NCBI GenBank assembly: GCA_040437565.1
Contig: JBDOQK010000004.1
Location: 806,001-870,000, forward strand
Direction: 5' to 3'
DNA: 64,000 nucleotides
DNA from: Albugo candida
Taxonomy: Eukaryota
In this document: piece after piece, positions 13,601 to 25,401 of the stretch
Layout of the letters: each line of letters opens with the position of its first letter
Position numbering within the stretch: position 1 is the first letter of the stretch
Notes under the pieces: model-generated
The model's input: only the letters and a program-made list of their open reading frames with translations
Databases searched by the model: none
What the model was told of the DNA's origin: nothing
Position numbers and translations under genes: made by a program

Positions 13601-15400
13601 TCCTTTGGCCAGGCACCGACTCATTTGATGGTTATCCCAACTCTTTACAAGCGTTTCGATGATGGTTTGGTGTGTGGTTTCGACGTGCACGAACTGTCCG
13701 TGGTCGACTGCTGGCTGCGTAGACGATAATTTTGTCACGTCTGTGGCATTACACTAGCACGTGGGCATACCAGAAGAGACTATTCTACAATGGGAATCGA
13801 TTTGTGCTTGGTCAAAAACACAATAAAGATACAAAATATTTTCACCTCATCAGCAAAGCGTTTGGCAGGATGGTGGACTAAAAGTTCTTTTTTGCAGGGA
13901 AGGCTGAATCTACAACGTAAGCAATTTCTTCAGCAGTTCGCATCCGATGCGTCGACAGTTAATCCCGCGAATTGAGCAACTGCTTCGAAGGAAATATTCC
14001 AACTATCTAGCCTTTCTTTGGAGCACAAAATCCGTTGGACATATTCAATATCGCACCACATCGAAATGGGAAAATAGTACAATGGGAGAGAACATCTTCG
14101 TGGTGAAAACACGCATTTGTGACATTAGATGGAATGGAGTATTACAGTGTGAGATTTGGATATTCTTTTTTTTAACGTCGTCAGTAGTACATGGAACAAC
14201 CGATGTGGTTCCAATGCGACCAAGAATCACAATATGAGGCTGCTACTCGTAATCCGAGTACGGAAAACGTTTACTACAATCTTGGCATGGTGGTTGAACC
14301 ACACCGCACGTTTCGACATCCGAATTCTTCAAGACACTTTTCGAGACAGCGACACATGGTCAACAGAGGAAGATTTTGTCTCCAATTATCAAAAGGAAGA
14401 GCTGAACACATCGTATACGGATGAAGAAAAGTTGCTGAGTCGTCTTTAGAATGAAGTCACTCCGATACTCATCACTTGGATCCAACCGAACAAAAGTTGA
14501 CAACCGTTTTATGTGGGAATGATGACATCGGCCTGGTTACATGCGTGGGAGATGCCGTCGAGAAAATAAAGGCTAGGAAGCGTTTTTGAATCTATTTCAC
14601 GCTCTCAACTCTCAGGTATCGTCTGTAAACCTCCCGGACCAACCAAGGGTCATCTGACGTTGACACATTGGTCATTAAGGGAAAGATCGGATGCACTAGA
14701 TACAGAACTAGCTTAACTTTTTATGGCTACATCAAGGCATCTTCGGAAACGTGCCTCACCGACTTTCGAAAAGCTACAGTTTCGTCTGGCCTTTCGTAAG
14801 TTGCAAGTACGATCTCGTTTCTGGTTTCGAGGGTATTTAGCCAGACATCATATCGCGCACGCAGCCTTCGGTTGGCGCAGTGGAATCCGATCGAAATCTC
14901 TTTCTCCAGTGCAATCACAGTACAAAATCATGGATGGAGTTACTCCCTTCTTGGGATCACTTTTCCTCATCCCGACCACGTTGGTTACATATTGCACGTG
15001 TAATTGTGCCAGCTCTACGGCCGGCATGGAGAGAATATCACCAAATTATATCCGATTTGTGGCTTGCATTGCAACTGATGACGATGCGCTTCGTCGGGAA
15101 AGATGAGGATCCTCGTTTTTCGATCAGCGAGCAGCAACTCCGGCAGTTCCAGACTTTTCGTGATCTACACCACGTTTAGGCGGGCGTTCGGTAATTTTGA
15201 CGGCAGTGTTATGCGAAAGACGAGCGCACGCAAAGGCGCTGGATCAGCTCGCGACGCAAGGATTATTTGATGGATTTTTCGAAGTCGACGACCATTGCTG
15301 CGGGTCCGGCACCGGCAAGTAAACCCTAGACCTGGTTGGACGGCTCTGTTCAGCCTAGTGTGGTAGACATTAAACTGGAAAACGCGTCCGTGGTGAGCAA
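10650..15400 (+). mobile_element. Degenerate non-LTR retrotransposon (L1/Tx1-like LINE): ORF1 remnant, APE endonuclease, RT, C-terminal zf-RVT-like region
   Basis: Frameshifted fragments in canonical order. APE: RSGGVMTIL, YIHNVYA, VIDAWRIQHP..FT..RHDYI, GDH, GRGYWKC (~11700-12260). RT: CPGMDGLP, GDPGNYLTIALLCVDVEVLSKVL, LIHHDQIAFIRG, VRKGDPLS, KYLGIP (~12840-13610). C-terminal KLQFRLAFRKLQVRSRFWF (~14770). Many stops and deletions; boundaries approximate. Confidence 0.85.
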
Positions 15401-17692
15401 TAGAGTCGGGCTATTTGATAATGTTGAAGCTTGTGATCGCTAAGTTGTGGTTTTCTTTGAAGAATACAAACTGGTGCTTTCTTCCTCACGGTTATGGTCG
15501 CTTCGTATATCCTCCGAAACGATTAGCTTTTGTGAACTAAAGAGTGGTCACTGTTGATGTCGACCGATAGCGAAATGCGACAATTGTAGGAATAATAAAC
15601 TATCGGTAAAACAGCAGAGAGGAAAGGCCTGATGACCTCAGAATCTTCGGAATTATTTCTGGGCTGTCTCGCTGAAATGAGTGTAGTCATCGATATCGCC
15701 ATGAAAGCCATCGTTATCGCATTTTTACCAAGTCAATTCGACAGTTTGTCTTCACCATAAAATAAGAATACAACGACACTTGACCACGCGCTAAGAGATC
15801 GAGTTTCTTTTTCTAAATTGAAGCTATTTGATGTGTTGCCCAGGTTATAGAGAAAGGAACTAGCCAATATATATTCTACCTCAATGCTCACGCATTTGTA
15901 TATTTTATAGGCTTGCATCGCTAGCACCCGAGGTTGCTCGCCTTTTGCTGTCTCAGAATTCAATGAACGATAATATAACTAAACGACTCAACACGGTCAG
16001 AATTAATAGCTTCTTTGATTAATAAACGTGGCGACTTACATGCAGCGTGTTAGTAACACCGTTTCCTCTGCTTTGTATACGGTTCAGAGTTGTGCTACGG
16101 CCGGCTCGAGTAAAAAATTTGAAATAACTATACATTATTTACCCACTTCCCATCTCAAATGCAGAGTTTCGAGAGACTTTCTATGTAAAAAGGGAAGCAT
16201 CATTTATCGGCGACCTAACAGACTTAGTGATGGGTACTGTATGGAATCGAGTTTGTCAGGATCTCGAAGAGCTCATGAAAAAAAGTGATCTGGACGGTGA
16301 AACCAGAAGATTGCTGATGTTCCAGACCTGGTACACAAGTGAGAAGCGAGCCGTTATCCAACAATGCATCTTAAGCGGACCATAAGAAGAAGCATGTCGA
16401 TTGCACTGGAGTCCCAAAGCCAATTTGACATCTGCTCACATTCTCCGTTTGATGGGATCGCCCGACGCCGTTGGTCGTACTTTATAGCACCAGATTTGTG
16501 TACAGAGAAAGAAGTCACGATGATCAACTCTACGCGGTTTTGACAAGAGCGCTACTTACTACCAATATTTATTTGACGTTGTTCTACGAATATGAAGTTT
16601 TTCTGTCTCACATAAGTTGCTGAATGACCACATTTTGAATCAAGATTTGTTAGTATATGATCGGCGAGACTCCCCTTATTGACTTTATTGAAGGTTGTGT
16701 TGCACTTATTGACGGGATGTCAGATTATGTCTTGTGTCGCTAAAGATGGCGTAATTCTAATCAAATGGGCGATACCGCAGTGTCCTACAAGGTACTGCTT
16801 TTAGCAATCATGAATCCTTTTGTGTATCAAATCGATCGGCAAATTCCACGACTCTATCTTTTTTACTGATTAGCCCATGTAAATGATACAAGCTACAAAC
16901 CCCGAAGCCTCTGAGTTCATTTTTATTATGTAAGTCAACGATAAGATCATTACACCTTACTTTCTGCTTTTGAACATCAATGCTAAGTCCATACAGAATG
17001 GAAAAATTCGGACAAGTCACTTGGCAATAACGTTTTCGTAAAGGCAGCATATAGAGACATCGGATCTTTTACAACCTCACGTAAATCCGACGTACTCTAT
17101 CACGAGAAAGTAAGCAGTGAAATTGTGGTGATTATACGATAAAACCTTAATCGACAATAAAGAGCACTGAGAAAAATGAGAATGTGAAGGTACTCAACAC
17201 AATCCGTGAATAATTGACGTATCGAGACCACAGACTGACTCCCCGGCTAGTCATTTGTGCGAACTGACCTCCGTGTCAGCTTCAAATAGAATGTGGTGCT
17301 TTGTCCGAGTAAAGTGGGAATGCGAAGAAAACGTCATAGTGAGATAAAGTATCATCAAAGTAGTTCCTAAAGCATGAAATAGATTGCATAGAGTATAAAA
17401 GTCATATAAAAAACATACATCCACAGCTCTCGATTGTATTATGCATATCGGTTACNNNNNNNNNNNNNNNNNNNNNNNNNNNNNNNNNNNNNNNNNNNNN
17501 NNNNNNNNNNNNNNNNNNNNNNNNNNNNNNNNNNNNNNNNNNNNNNNNNNNNNNNTTGTGATTTATATTATGACCTTCAAATTTCATTCGAATAATCAGT
17601 CACAAGTATCATCTTAAGGAAGTAAATGCTATAGGAAGACGGACGCGATAGAGAGTCATTTTGATTGCATACGTAAATTGTAATGTTCTATT

Positions 17693-18762
17693 TCACAAAT
17701 TATCAAATATATGTTCAGATTCCAATATATTTGTCAGACAATCGATAATAGTGACAATGCCACGTAATACACCAACGTCGCGCTTTTTGTAAACAGTTGT
17801 TAGGGTCTGTACATGTGCAAAATCTATTATCCGTAGATCAACATGTGATTTCGGTAATGCTTTTGTTTCCTGATCGTGCATAAATAGCAGTGAGCTCGCA
17901 ATAAACTCAAAGTCATGCTGCGTTTCGAACCAGGACTTCAATTGCTCCAAACGAACGATAAACTATATACTGACAAGAATTAGAACCAGTAAAAGCTATA
18001 GAAATCTAATTTGAGTACCTCTCGGATCACTTGTTTCCGTCTCGTTTGAGATAAAAACTGAAAATAATGGGCAAACGTTCGAGAAACGTCTTCTTTACTC
18101 GTTGGTAGGCGACCGAAATATTTATCATACTCGATATACCTGCATGCACTGGGATCATAAACTTTTATTCCTTGTATTCTGAAGCCCATCTCTTCTTGTA
18201 GAGGAAACTTTGACTTCTCGTACGCTACTTTTTCTGAACATGCTGTTGCTTCATAAGACTTTGTACCGAGTTTGACATCCATCACACACGGTTTGTCGAA
18301 TTTCCATGTAAGATCTTCAAGGACAAGAAAACCTAAAATTGACCCTTCCTTTTTAGAGGGCGCTACGCTTTCCCTAAGTTTTGATATCTTTTTCGCATCA
18401 TCGCCAGTAGTTGTGTTGTCATCATGAGAGATAGAAGCAGGGTCGGGGACATGAATGCTACCGTAATAACAAGGAAGAAATGGCTGAAGAGAAGTCACGT
18501 CACTTGAATGATGCTTTTCATCGATTGTTGAGTGTTTTCCCGACAATTTGTCGCTAAAAACCAGCTCGTAAAAAGACTTTTCTCGAACTCCTCTATCTTT
18601 GTCCTGGAACGGTTTTAGTAGTATTCCGTCATGCGCTTTCAGACCTGCTAGAGAAGGAGATTAACTATCTGGAAAGACAAGTCGATACATACTTGTTTTT
18701 GATGCTGTGTGCCCACCCACTTGATGATTAAATTCCGAGAACTTGGACAGATCAAGTTCCAT
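17693..18762 (-). CDS. IPK2: Inositol polyphosphate multikinase (IPK family), three predicted exons
   Basis: N-terminal HQVGGH (ATG 18762), PCVMDVKLG (PxxxDxKxG signature), MGFRIQG, SSLL and IDFAH motifs. Confidence 0.9.
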
Positions 18763-19309
18763 GCTTTGAACCCGTTAGTGTTGCATGAAGGTACGTTGTG
18801 ATATTGTCGTCAAAGTTATCATTCAGTTAATCTATCTATCTGAAATCGCGTTAAACAATTATTGTGGTCACTAATTGAACACTGGGTGCTTATAATAGCA
18901 ACAAAGATCCTGGACTATGTGTCCTTCCTACATGTGATTCAGCAGTACTAGGTTGAAGGATCTCGTTCTTGGAATTAAGCAGCCAATCAATGCCAGGAAT
19001 CCGTAATGAATACCAATCAATAATTCTCCTTCCTCAATTTCGTTAAATGAAATGCGTGACAAGAAACTGCAAACTGCGCCAGAAATGTACGACTACCTAC
19101 TCTATGGCTTGACATATGATTCCGCGATGGCAAATTAGACGTCAGTTCGTATACAAAACATGAACGGCTACATCCGAACATAAACGAGTATACACTCGCT
19201 CCAATGACTGCGCGTAAAAGAGTAATTATGACAGAAAAAGTATCTCAAATTGAAAACTCGTATAAAATGGTATCGTGACAAATATAAGATTTTATGGCAC
19301 AAAGCGCAT

Positions 19310-20644
19310 CTAAGCTTCCACATAGCTTTGCGCTTCAATCAATGAGTCGACAAGAGACTGACTCGTTGGACGCTCCTTTGGATCTAAAGAGAGACATCGC
19401 TGAGCGATCTCATAGATGGTAGTCGGACAGTTGGATCGGAATGATGGACGCAATTCACCTGCTGTTATTTTGGCAATAATTTCCACTCTTGACAGCTTAG
19501 AAGACCCGCAATAATCGTCAAAAGGGAAGCGATGCGTGTCAAGTTCAGAAAGCACGATACCAAAGGAGTAAATATCAGCTTTTGCATCGTCATTCCCTTC
19601 CAAAATAAGCTCTGGAGCCGTCCATCGAACAATATCTAATCGAGTTGAGAGAATGTCGTGCGGAATAGGAACCTTACTGAATGAGAAGTCGCTCAATTTT
19701 GCATTGTATTCTTGATCGATCATGACTTTTCGTGATTTCAAGCAGCCATGAAGGACAATGGGCTTGAGGGAATGGAGATACGACAATGCTTGGGCGATAT
19801 TGATTGCAATTGATATTTTCTCCTTCCAATTCATACAAGAGTCTTCGGTATGCAAGAGTGTCTGGAGATCACTGCCTTCGATGTATTCTGTAACAACAGA
19901 CAGATCCGAGCGGAATGTCCACGTACAACCGATGAAATGCACAATGCAAGGATGAATGAGTCCAGACATCACTGCAATTCCGTCTGCAAATTCATCAATC
20001 AAATTGGAATTTTCCAGAATGCGTTTTACAACGACCTTTTCGTCACGATATTGTCCGAGCCATGAAATACAATGAGCGCCAAAAGAGATTTCTCGCTTGA
20101 GATTGACATCCTGCAAACGTGAGCTGAGTAAAGAAGGGAAAAACCCTTGGCTTTCTGGAGCCGCTTGATTTTGTAACGCAAGCTCATCAAACAAACTAGG
20201 ACCAACAGGGGGGAAGAATGCCTCATCCTCGTCATTATCGTTGTCATTGAATGTTTCCGACCGAGAAATACGACCTGCATGTGAGTCAGCATCACTCATC
20301 TGCTCACTTCCTTCACTATCGCGACGATAGTAAGTATCTCTTTCAAAATCTTCCAAAGGGAATTGGGACATTGGGTATGGCTGCTGCAGTCCTGACGATA
20401 CATAAGGGCTCATTGGTCGATCGGAGAAAACTTGTTCTGTCGGAGCGGTGCTAATTGTCCGTCCACTGTGATTATCGGCACCTTGCGCTCCAATTGCTTT
20501 ATTGGTATACTTACTATACCCAGCCTCGTACTGAGCCTCTATATCTCGCTTAGAATGTGCGAGATCGACTTGTCTTGCTGTGTATACATAAAAGGCAACG
20601 CCGCCGACAAACAACACACCAACAACTAGCAACACGGCCCACAT
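19310..20644 (-). CDS. Membrane-anchored TKL-family pseudokinase
   Basis: N-terminal TM/signal anchor, acidic linker, kinase fold (VVVKR, HPCIVHFIG, WTAPE, ADIYSFGIVLSELDTH). Catalytic loop reads HGCLKSRK. Confidence 0.85.
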   Translation of the reverse strand: MWAVLLVVGVLFVGGVAFYVYTARQVDLAHSKRDIEAQYEAGYSKYTNKAIGAQGADNHSGRTISTAPTEQVFSDRPMSPYVSSGLQQPYPMSQFPLEDFERDTYYRRDSEGSEQMSDADSHAGRISRSETFNDNDNDEDEAFFPPVGPSLFDELALQNQAAPESQGFFPSLLSSRLQDVNLKREISFGAHCISWLGQYRDEKVVVKRILENSNLIDEFADGIAVMSGLIHPCIVHFIGCTWTFRSDLSVVTEYIEGSDLQTLLHTEDSCMNWKEKISIAINIAQALSYLHSLKPIVLHGCLKSRKVMIDQEYNAKLSDFSFSKVPIPHDILSTRLDIVRWTAPELILEGNDDAKADIYSFGIVLSELDTHRFPFDDYCGSSKLSRVEIIAKITAGELRPSFRSNCPTTIYEIAQRCLSLDPKERPTSQSLVDSLIEAQSYVEA

Positions 20645-21202
20645 ATAAAGTTTGGTCGTAAAATGGTGAATAAGTAGTCAGTGCGATGCAAAGAGATGAA
20701 GCAAACACCCCGCCAAATTGAGTATTCTTATACGTTGTAAAGAGATTAAGCATAACAGTAATGATAGTGAGTAAAGGTATGTGCACAGCGATAGGGTTTC
20801 TCTCTTACGAAAGCTGTTANNNNNNNNNNNNNNNNNNNNNNNNNNNNNNNNNNNNNNNNNNNNNNNNNNNNNNNNNNNNNNNNNNNNNNNNNNNNNNNNN
20901 NNNNNNNNNNNNNNNNNNNCTCTATATCTCGCTTAGAATGTGCGAGATCGACTTGTCTTGCTGTGTATACATAAAAGGCAACGCCGCCGACAAACAACAC
21001 ACCAACAACTAGCAACACGGCCCACATATAAAGTTTGGTCGTAAAATGGTGAATAAGTAGTCAGTGCGATGCAAAGAGATGAAGCAAACACCCCGCCAAA
21101 TTGAGTATTCTTATACGTTGTAAAGAGATTAAGCATAACAGTAATGATAGTGAGTAAAGGTATGTGCACAGCGATAGGGTTTCTCTCTTACGAAAGCTGT
21201 TA
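20537..21202. repeat. 283-bp duplication flanking a 100-N gap (likely assembly artefact)
   Basis: 20537..20819 appears identical to 20920..21202. Confidence 0.9.
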
Positions 21203-21346
21203 TATCATGATAAAGGCGTAGGAAGGAGTCAAAACAGCTGGAATTACCATGGATGGCTAGCTTTGTAATTTAGGAATGTGTTGGGACTGTATATGTAGCT
21301 GATTTTGATAAATGTAATCATCACTCTTGCGTATTTATTCGGTGAA

Positions 21347-22141
21347 ATGGCGTCTGCGCTGCCAAAGTTACAGCTCAATTTCTCCTGGAATCAGCCGGTG
21401 GTATCATGCGATGGAGAAAGAAAATGGAAGAGGAAGGCGGTGGTAGAGAATGGGATCCAGCCGGGCTTGGAGATTGCACGCAAACAGGATGGACAGCAAA
21501 CAAGACCAAGAAAAGAGGAAATTGGCAAGCAGCCGAAGCGAAACAAGACTGAAGCAGAACCTAATCAATGTGTGTGAAATCTCATCAGAAAGCACTAGTA
21601 TGTGTATCACTTCTCGGTTAATACAGGCCAATTATGGAAAAGAGTGGAAGAGAACCTAATAGAAGAGAAATTGGTACTCGCCAACACTCCTATGACCAAC
21701 TGCAGCCATGAGAGCGCTGAAAAAGACGCTGTTGAATCGCGACAGCTTATAATAAACCATGAAGATATCATCGTGGAGGTATCGTCCGTTTTCATTTAGA
21801 TATCTTCCAATGCACTCAGAAGGTCCTACAGGAAGGAGAGTGCGTGGATGACAGCTTCGCCAGTGCTATTGACAGCATTCGCCTTTTTCTTGGCGCATTT
21901 CAAAGCGAAAGAAGAGAAATTTCAACACGACTCCTTGATCTGCATGGTACGCATTTCGAACAATCATTCATGTCATTGAATCGCGTTCCTTGCAGTCTGT
22001 GCCACTGAGACTTTATCCGATATTTTGGACATTATTGCATTCGAAAAGCACAGTGTTTCGATCGATGATTATAGGTTGAAACAAGGAAGCCATAGTACCA
22101 TTATGGCTAATAATAGCGTATCAATCGATTTGACCCAATAA
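21347..22141 (+). CDS. Hypothetical multi-exon protein
   Basis: Charged coding-like segments separated by GT..AG introns, ending ...SIDLTQ*; no family recognised. Confidence 0.4.
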
Positions 22142-22186
22142 GATTACATACATTTGTATTGGGCATTTACTAATAGCTTCTGATTT

Positions 22187-23647
22187 TCATGTCGAAAATG
22201 TCGAGAAAGTCAAGAATCGGATAGCATCGAAACTCACAATCGAGTAAAAAATCATGATCGTCCACAAACTGCAAAATAGAGCTATTCCATGCGCAGTCTT
22301 TCTCCACGGACAAATCTTCGTGTAGAAAATTGCAGGAAACATAAGTCCTATCACCAAACAGCTACTGGCGCCCGTAAACGCAAAAACAACTTGAACGCCG
22401 GGAATCCAAACAGCCAGCATTAATTGAGATAAAAGTAAGAGGGATGCGATTTTTGCGCGCGTGAGAAGACTTGTTTCACCATTATTGAAAGTATGAGAAT
22501 CATCACACAAATCGCGCAATGGGTGGAAAAGAAGCGGGAATGATAATACGACTGTGAGAAAGACCGCCAGCACTGGAAGTTCCATCCTTGGATCGCTTTT
22601 GAGATTGAGCAGAATGTTTCCTTGGACCTTCTTGTTGCCATATAATTCCACGGATGAGCTTCCCAAAAGCCAGTACAAGAGTGTGCATATCACAACGACT
22701 GCACAAATGAATATCGACATCATATCTCTTGATTTTTGTATGCGTTCTTTACGACATTTCCGAAGCTGTTGGAATATTGGAAGGAGGTTCAACTGCATCA
22801 AAAAAGCGTAATTGTAAATAGAAATGGACTGAGTGTAGTTGGAGAGAGTGATTGGACGTGACTGAATTGCCTTTTCACTCTTCTCACTCGAGAATGAGCG
22901 GTATAACATGGATAGGGTGAGATAGACTGAGAATGAAAATCCCACATAACTTGAGAAACGAAGACCCGATAGAGACTTGAGCATACAAAGCGGGAATACG
23001 ACAAGTACAAATGTAAACCAAAGCAGCGACTCGGACAATGTTGTTTCCACTGCTGCATTCGACGGATCCAGAATTATGGATACAACAAATGGCACAATAT
23101 CTCGAATAATACGAATGCATCCCACACAGCCGCCGTAAATTGCAATTGCTATGGAAATAGAAACAATGTACCCGAATAGAGGACCGCCAGCTTCCACTGC
23201 AATCGAGTGGAAGGACAGATATTTATTGGGAGATCCATTCTGCGTAAAAGTGTCGTTCGCCACAAGAGTTGCATTGGCGTGCAATATCGCGATAGACATT
23301 AGACCCATCGAGCATCCTACTACCAGAAGACTGATCAATGCTTCCCATCTGGTGATCAAGGTGAATGTGTATGGAATAGAGAGCATTCCAGCGCCGACGA
23401 CAGAAGTTAGGAGCGTAAAGAAAACATGCGACAGTTCCCACCATGCTCCATGACGTCCTCGGGACTGAAGAGGAAGCACGGGATCATCTTTGGTCTTTGG
23501 AATCGCAATGTTCAAGTTCTTGTACCATCTAAAAAGGATGAAGGAGCGTAATATGCGATTCTTTTCCAAAAGCGGGGCGTATTCCGACCGTGCGGGCTGT
23601 TGGACTCCACACATGATGACACAAAATTGAAATGATGCGAATTCCAT
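22187..23647 (-). CDS. Amino acid transporter (Aa_trans/AAAP, SLC38-like)
   Basis: FTLLTSVVGAGMLSIPY, VVFPLCMLKSLSGLRFSS, SFPLL, AFTGA..FPAIFY; about 11 hydrophobic segments. Confidence 0.9.
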   Translation of the reverse strand: MEFASFQFCVIMCGVQQPARSEYAPLLEKNRILRSFILFRWYKNLNIAIPKTKDDPVLPLQSRGRHGAWWELSHVFFTLLTSVVGAGMLSIPYTFTLITRWEALISLLVVGCSMGLMSIAILHANATLVANDTFTQNGSPNKYLSFHSIAVEAGGPLFGYIVSISIAIAIYGGCVGCIRIIRDIVPFVVSIILDPSNAAVETTLSESLLWFTFVLVVFPLCMLKSLSGLRFSSYVGFSFSVYLTLSMLYRSFSSEKSEKAIQSRPITLSNYTQSISIYNYAFLMQLNLLPIFQQLRKCRKERIQKSRDMMSIFICAVVVICTLLYWLLGSSSVELYGNKKVQGNILLNLKSDPRMELPVLAVFLTVVLSFPLLFHPLRDLCDDSHTFNNGETSLLTRAKIASLLLLSQLMLAVWIPGVQVVFAFTGASSCLVIGLMFPAIFYTKICPWRKTAHGIALFCSLWTIMIFYSIVSFDAIRFLTFSTFST

Positions 23648-24292
23648 AAATTTCTCATACGATTCATTCCATCATCGCAACATTTTGATTCGCTAATAAC
23701 ACTGAATGACGCTTCGATCGTCGTGTTTTGATTTGCTTTTATTTTTTCGCAAGCGCTAGCTTGTTCTTATAAATCAAAAGAATGTATTCACTGTTGCGAG
23801 TAGCATTACTATATTGGAAAGGAGCTCCAATAAAGGACTGCGCAATCATCAACCATAATAAGCCCACGTGGAATACTCCAAATTTAGAACATGAGCCGAC
23901 CACCTCATCTACATTACAGAACGAGCTTATTTGTAATCACTCATCATGACTGGTGTGCACGCATATCATCGAATGATATCCAATCAAATGCTATGTAGTT
24001 TTCCTCGTTAAGCTCGGATGGAACCGGAATCTAGAATGTTTTGTAGTTGCCTGCAGCGAACCGAGTGTGGTATACTGAACTTTTGGTGATAAACCTTGAT
24101 TGACTCATCTTAATTTCACTATGGCACAGTATCTACGCCGCGAAATGTGGTCCAGAGGGAAAGAAAGTTTGACTGACCAGATCACTGTAGTCGAAAGTGA
24201 CACCACTACACCTTACTTCAAGTTTTTTCCCGCGGAAAGATTATTGTAAGAAACGGTTTGGGGCATTCCTAAATCTACCGTCTTGGAGCTCA

Positions 24293-24958
24293 ATGATGTG
24301 GTTTGCGATTATCAGTCTTTATAATCTCGGAATTGTTACTTCGCAAACACTTATTCACACAGGAGTACCTATCTTTTCCGGTGGCAGAACGCAAATTTAC
24401 TATCGGACATCATGGAAACAACCTTTAATCGAGTATATCGGCATCGATAAGACGGTACAAACTATGGTGATGAACAAAGTTGGTTTCTTCCATCCGGCTT
24501 TTAGAAGGAGAGATTCTTGGTACACTTGTTCCATCAAACCGTCTTGCACCGTTTTCAAATTTACCGACAGTACCGGATTGGTGGATGATAATAACCACAG
24601 CATGTATTCGATAGCGCGTCCGGGTCACTGGGCTGTGATTGGGAGTTTGGAAACAAGTATTAAACTGTACGATTTCACGATTTACTATCAGACAAAATGG
24701 ACTTCTCCCCGTATGCGGTATAAAGAAGGAGATGAATGGACAACCGTCGAAATGATGAAAAGCAATATGTTTGGAGGGTATTTCAGCAAGTCTCAATTTT
24801 GGTTCCGGTACCGAGTGCGAACCGCCTCACCATTGTATTATGTGTTCACGGATGGCGTCACTGTAGACGATAATTCGGGCTCCAACTATACAGCGGTCTC
24901 TGGTAGTACGTGGTTCACTGTCAGTAAAATTGCGCCACCATTTTGCCGATTCTGTTAA
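24293..24958 (+). CDS. Secreted protein with two tandem CBM25/CBM26-like (starch-binding-type) modules and no catalytic domain
   Basis: Signal peptide MMWFAIISLYNLGIVTS. Internal duplication: TQIYYRTSWKQPLIEY...VFKFTDSTGLVDDNNHSMYS versus FTIYYQTKWTSPRMRY...YYVFTDGVTVDDNSGSNYT, matching the recalled IYY..W..P..HY / F.DG..WD.N...NY pattern. Confidence 0.65.
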   Translation: MMWFAIISLYNLGIVTSQTLIHTGVPIFSGGRTQIYYRTSWKQPLIEYIGIDKTVQTMVMNKVGFFHPAFRRRDSWYTCSIKPSCTVFKFTDSTGLVDDNNHSMYSIARPGHWAVIGSLETSIKLYDFTIYYQTKWTSPRMRYKEGDEWTTVEMMKSNMFGGYFSKSQFWFRYRVRTASPLYYVFTDGVTVDDNSGSNYTAVSGSTWFTVSKIAPPFCRFC

Positions 24959-25401
24959 GCTTCCGAATGACTGGCGAGGGTGCACGGTTATATATGTGTA
25001 GTGCTGTACCTCAAATAAGGATATATGTCCCAAGTAGTAGAAATATAGCTCCATTAAAATGGATCCACGGGTCAACTTGAACCCATTGACGTGGCTGTTT
25101 ATTAGTCAGATTAAGTCAGTTTCTCTCGCCTTAAGGGTTGTGGTTGTCTATGAGAAAGATCGTGACATCAAAGTGACTGTTCCATGACTGAAAACTCTTT
25201 CAATGAGGATTGTAATTTTACTTTAAGCAATCTAAAAGTTCGGATCTCCGCATACTTGAGGTCTCTAATGCCGATTTATAGGGTTCGGTTTCGCCTATTC
25301 TCGGTAGCTTCCGGCTCCGAATCGCAGAATGGCCTACAATCCGTGTCTATCAACGCCCTCCACTCCCCACTTTGATCACATTACGTTTTTCACGGCTTAC
25401 T

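Noticed and set aside
15500-17450. Possible Copia or gene relic (e.g. HKKKHVD read near 16380)
   Set aside because: A single weak motif with no supporting domains; cannot be supported.
20746-21027. Apparent second copy of the TKL kinase N-terminus (likewise extra copies of bHLH-PAS exon 1, the HGGG repeats and PIG-U exons)
   Set aside because: Apparently identical sequence abutting fixed 100-N gaps; best explained as unmerged contig overlap.
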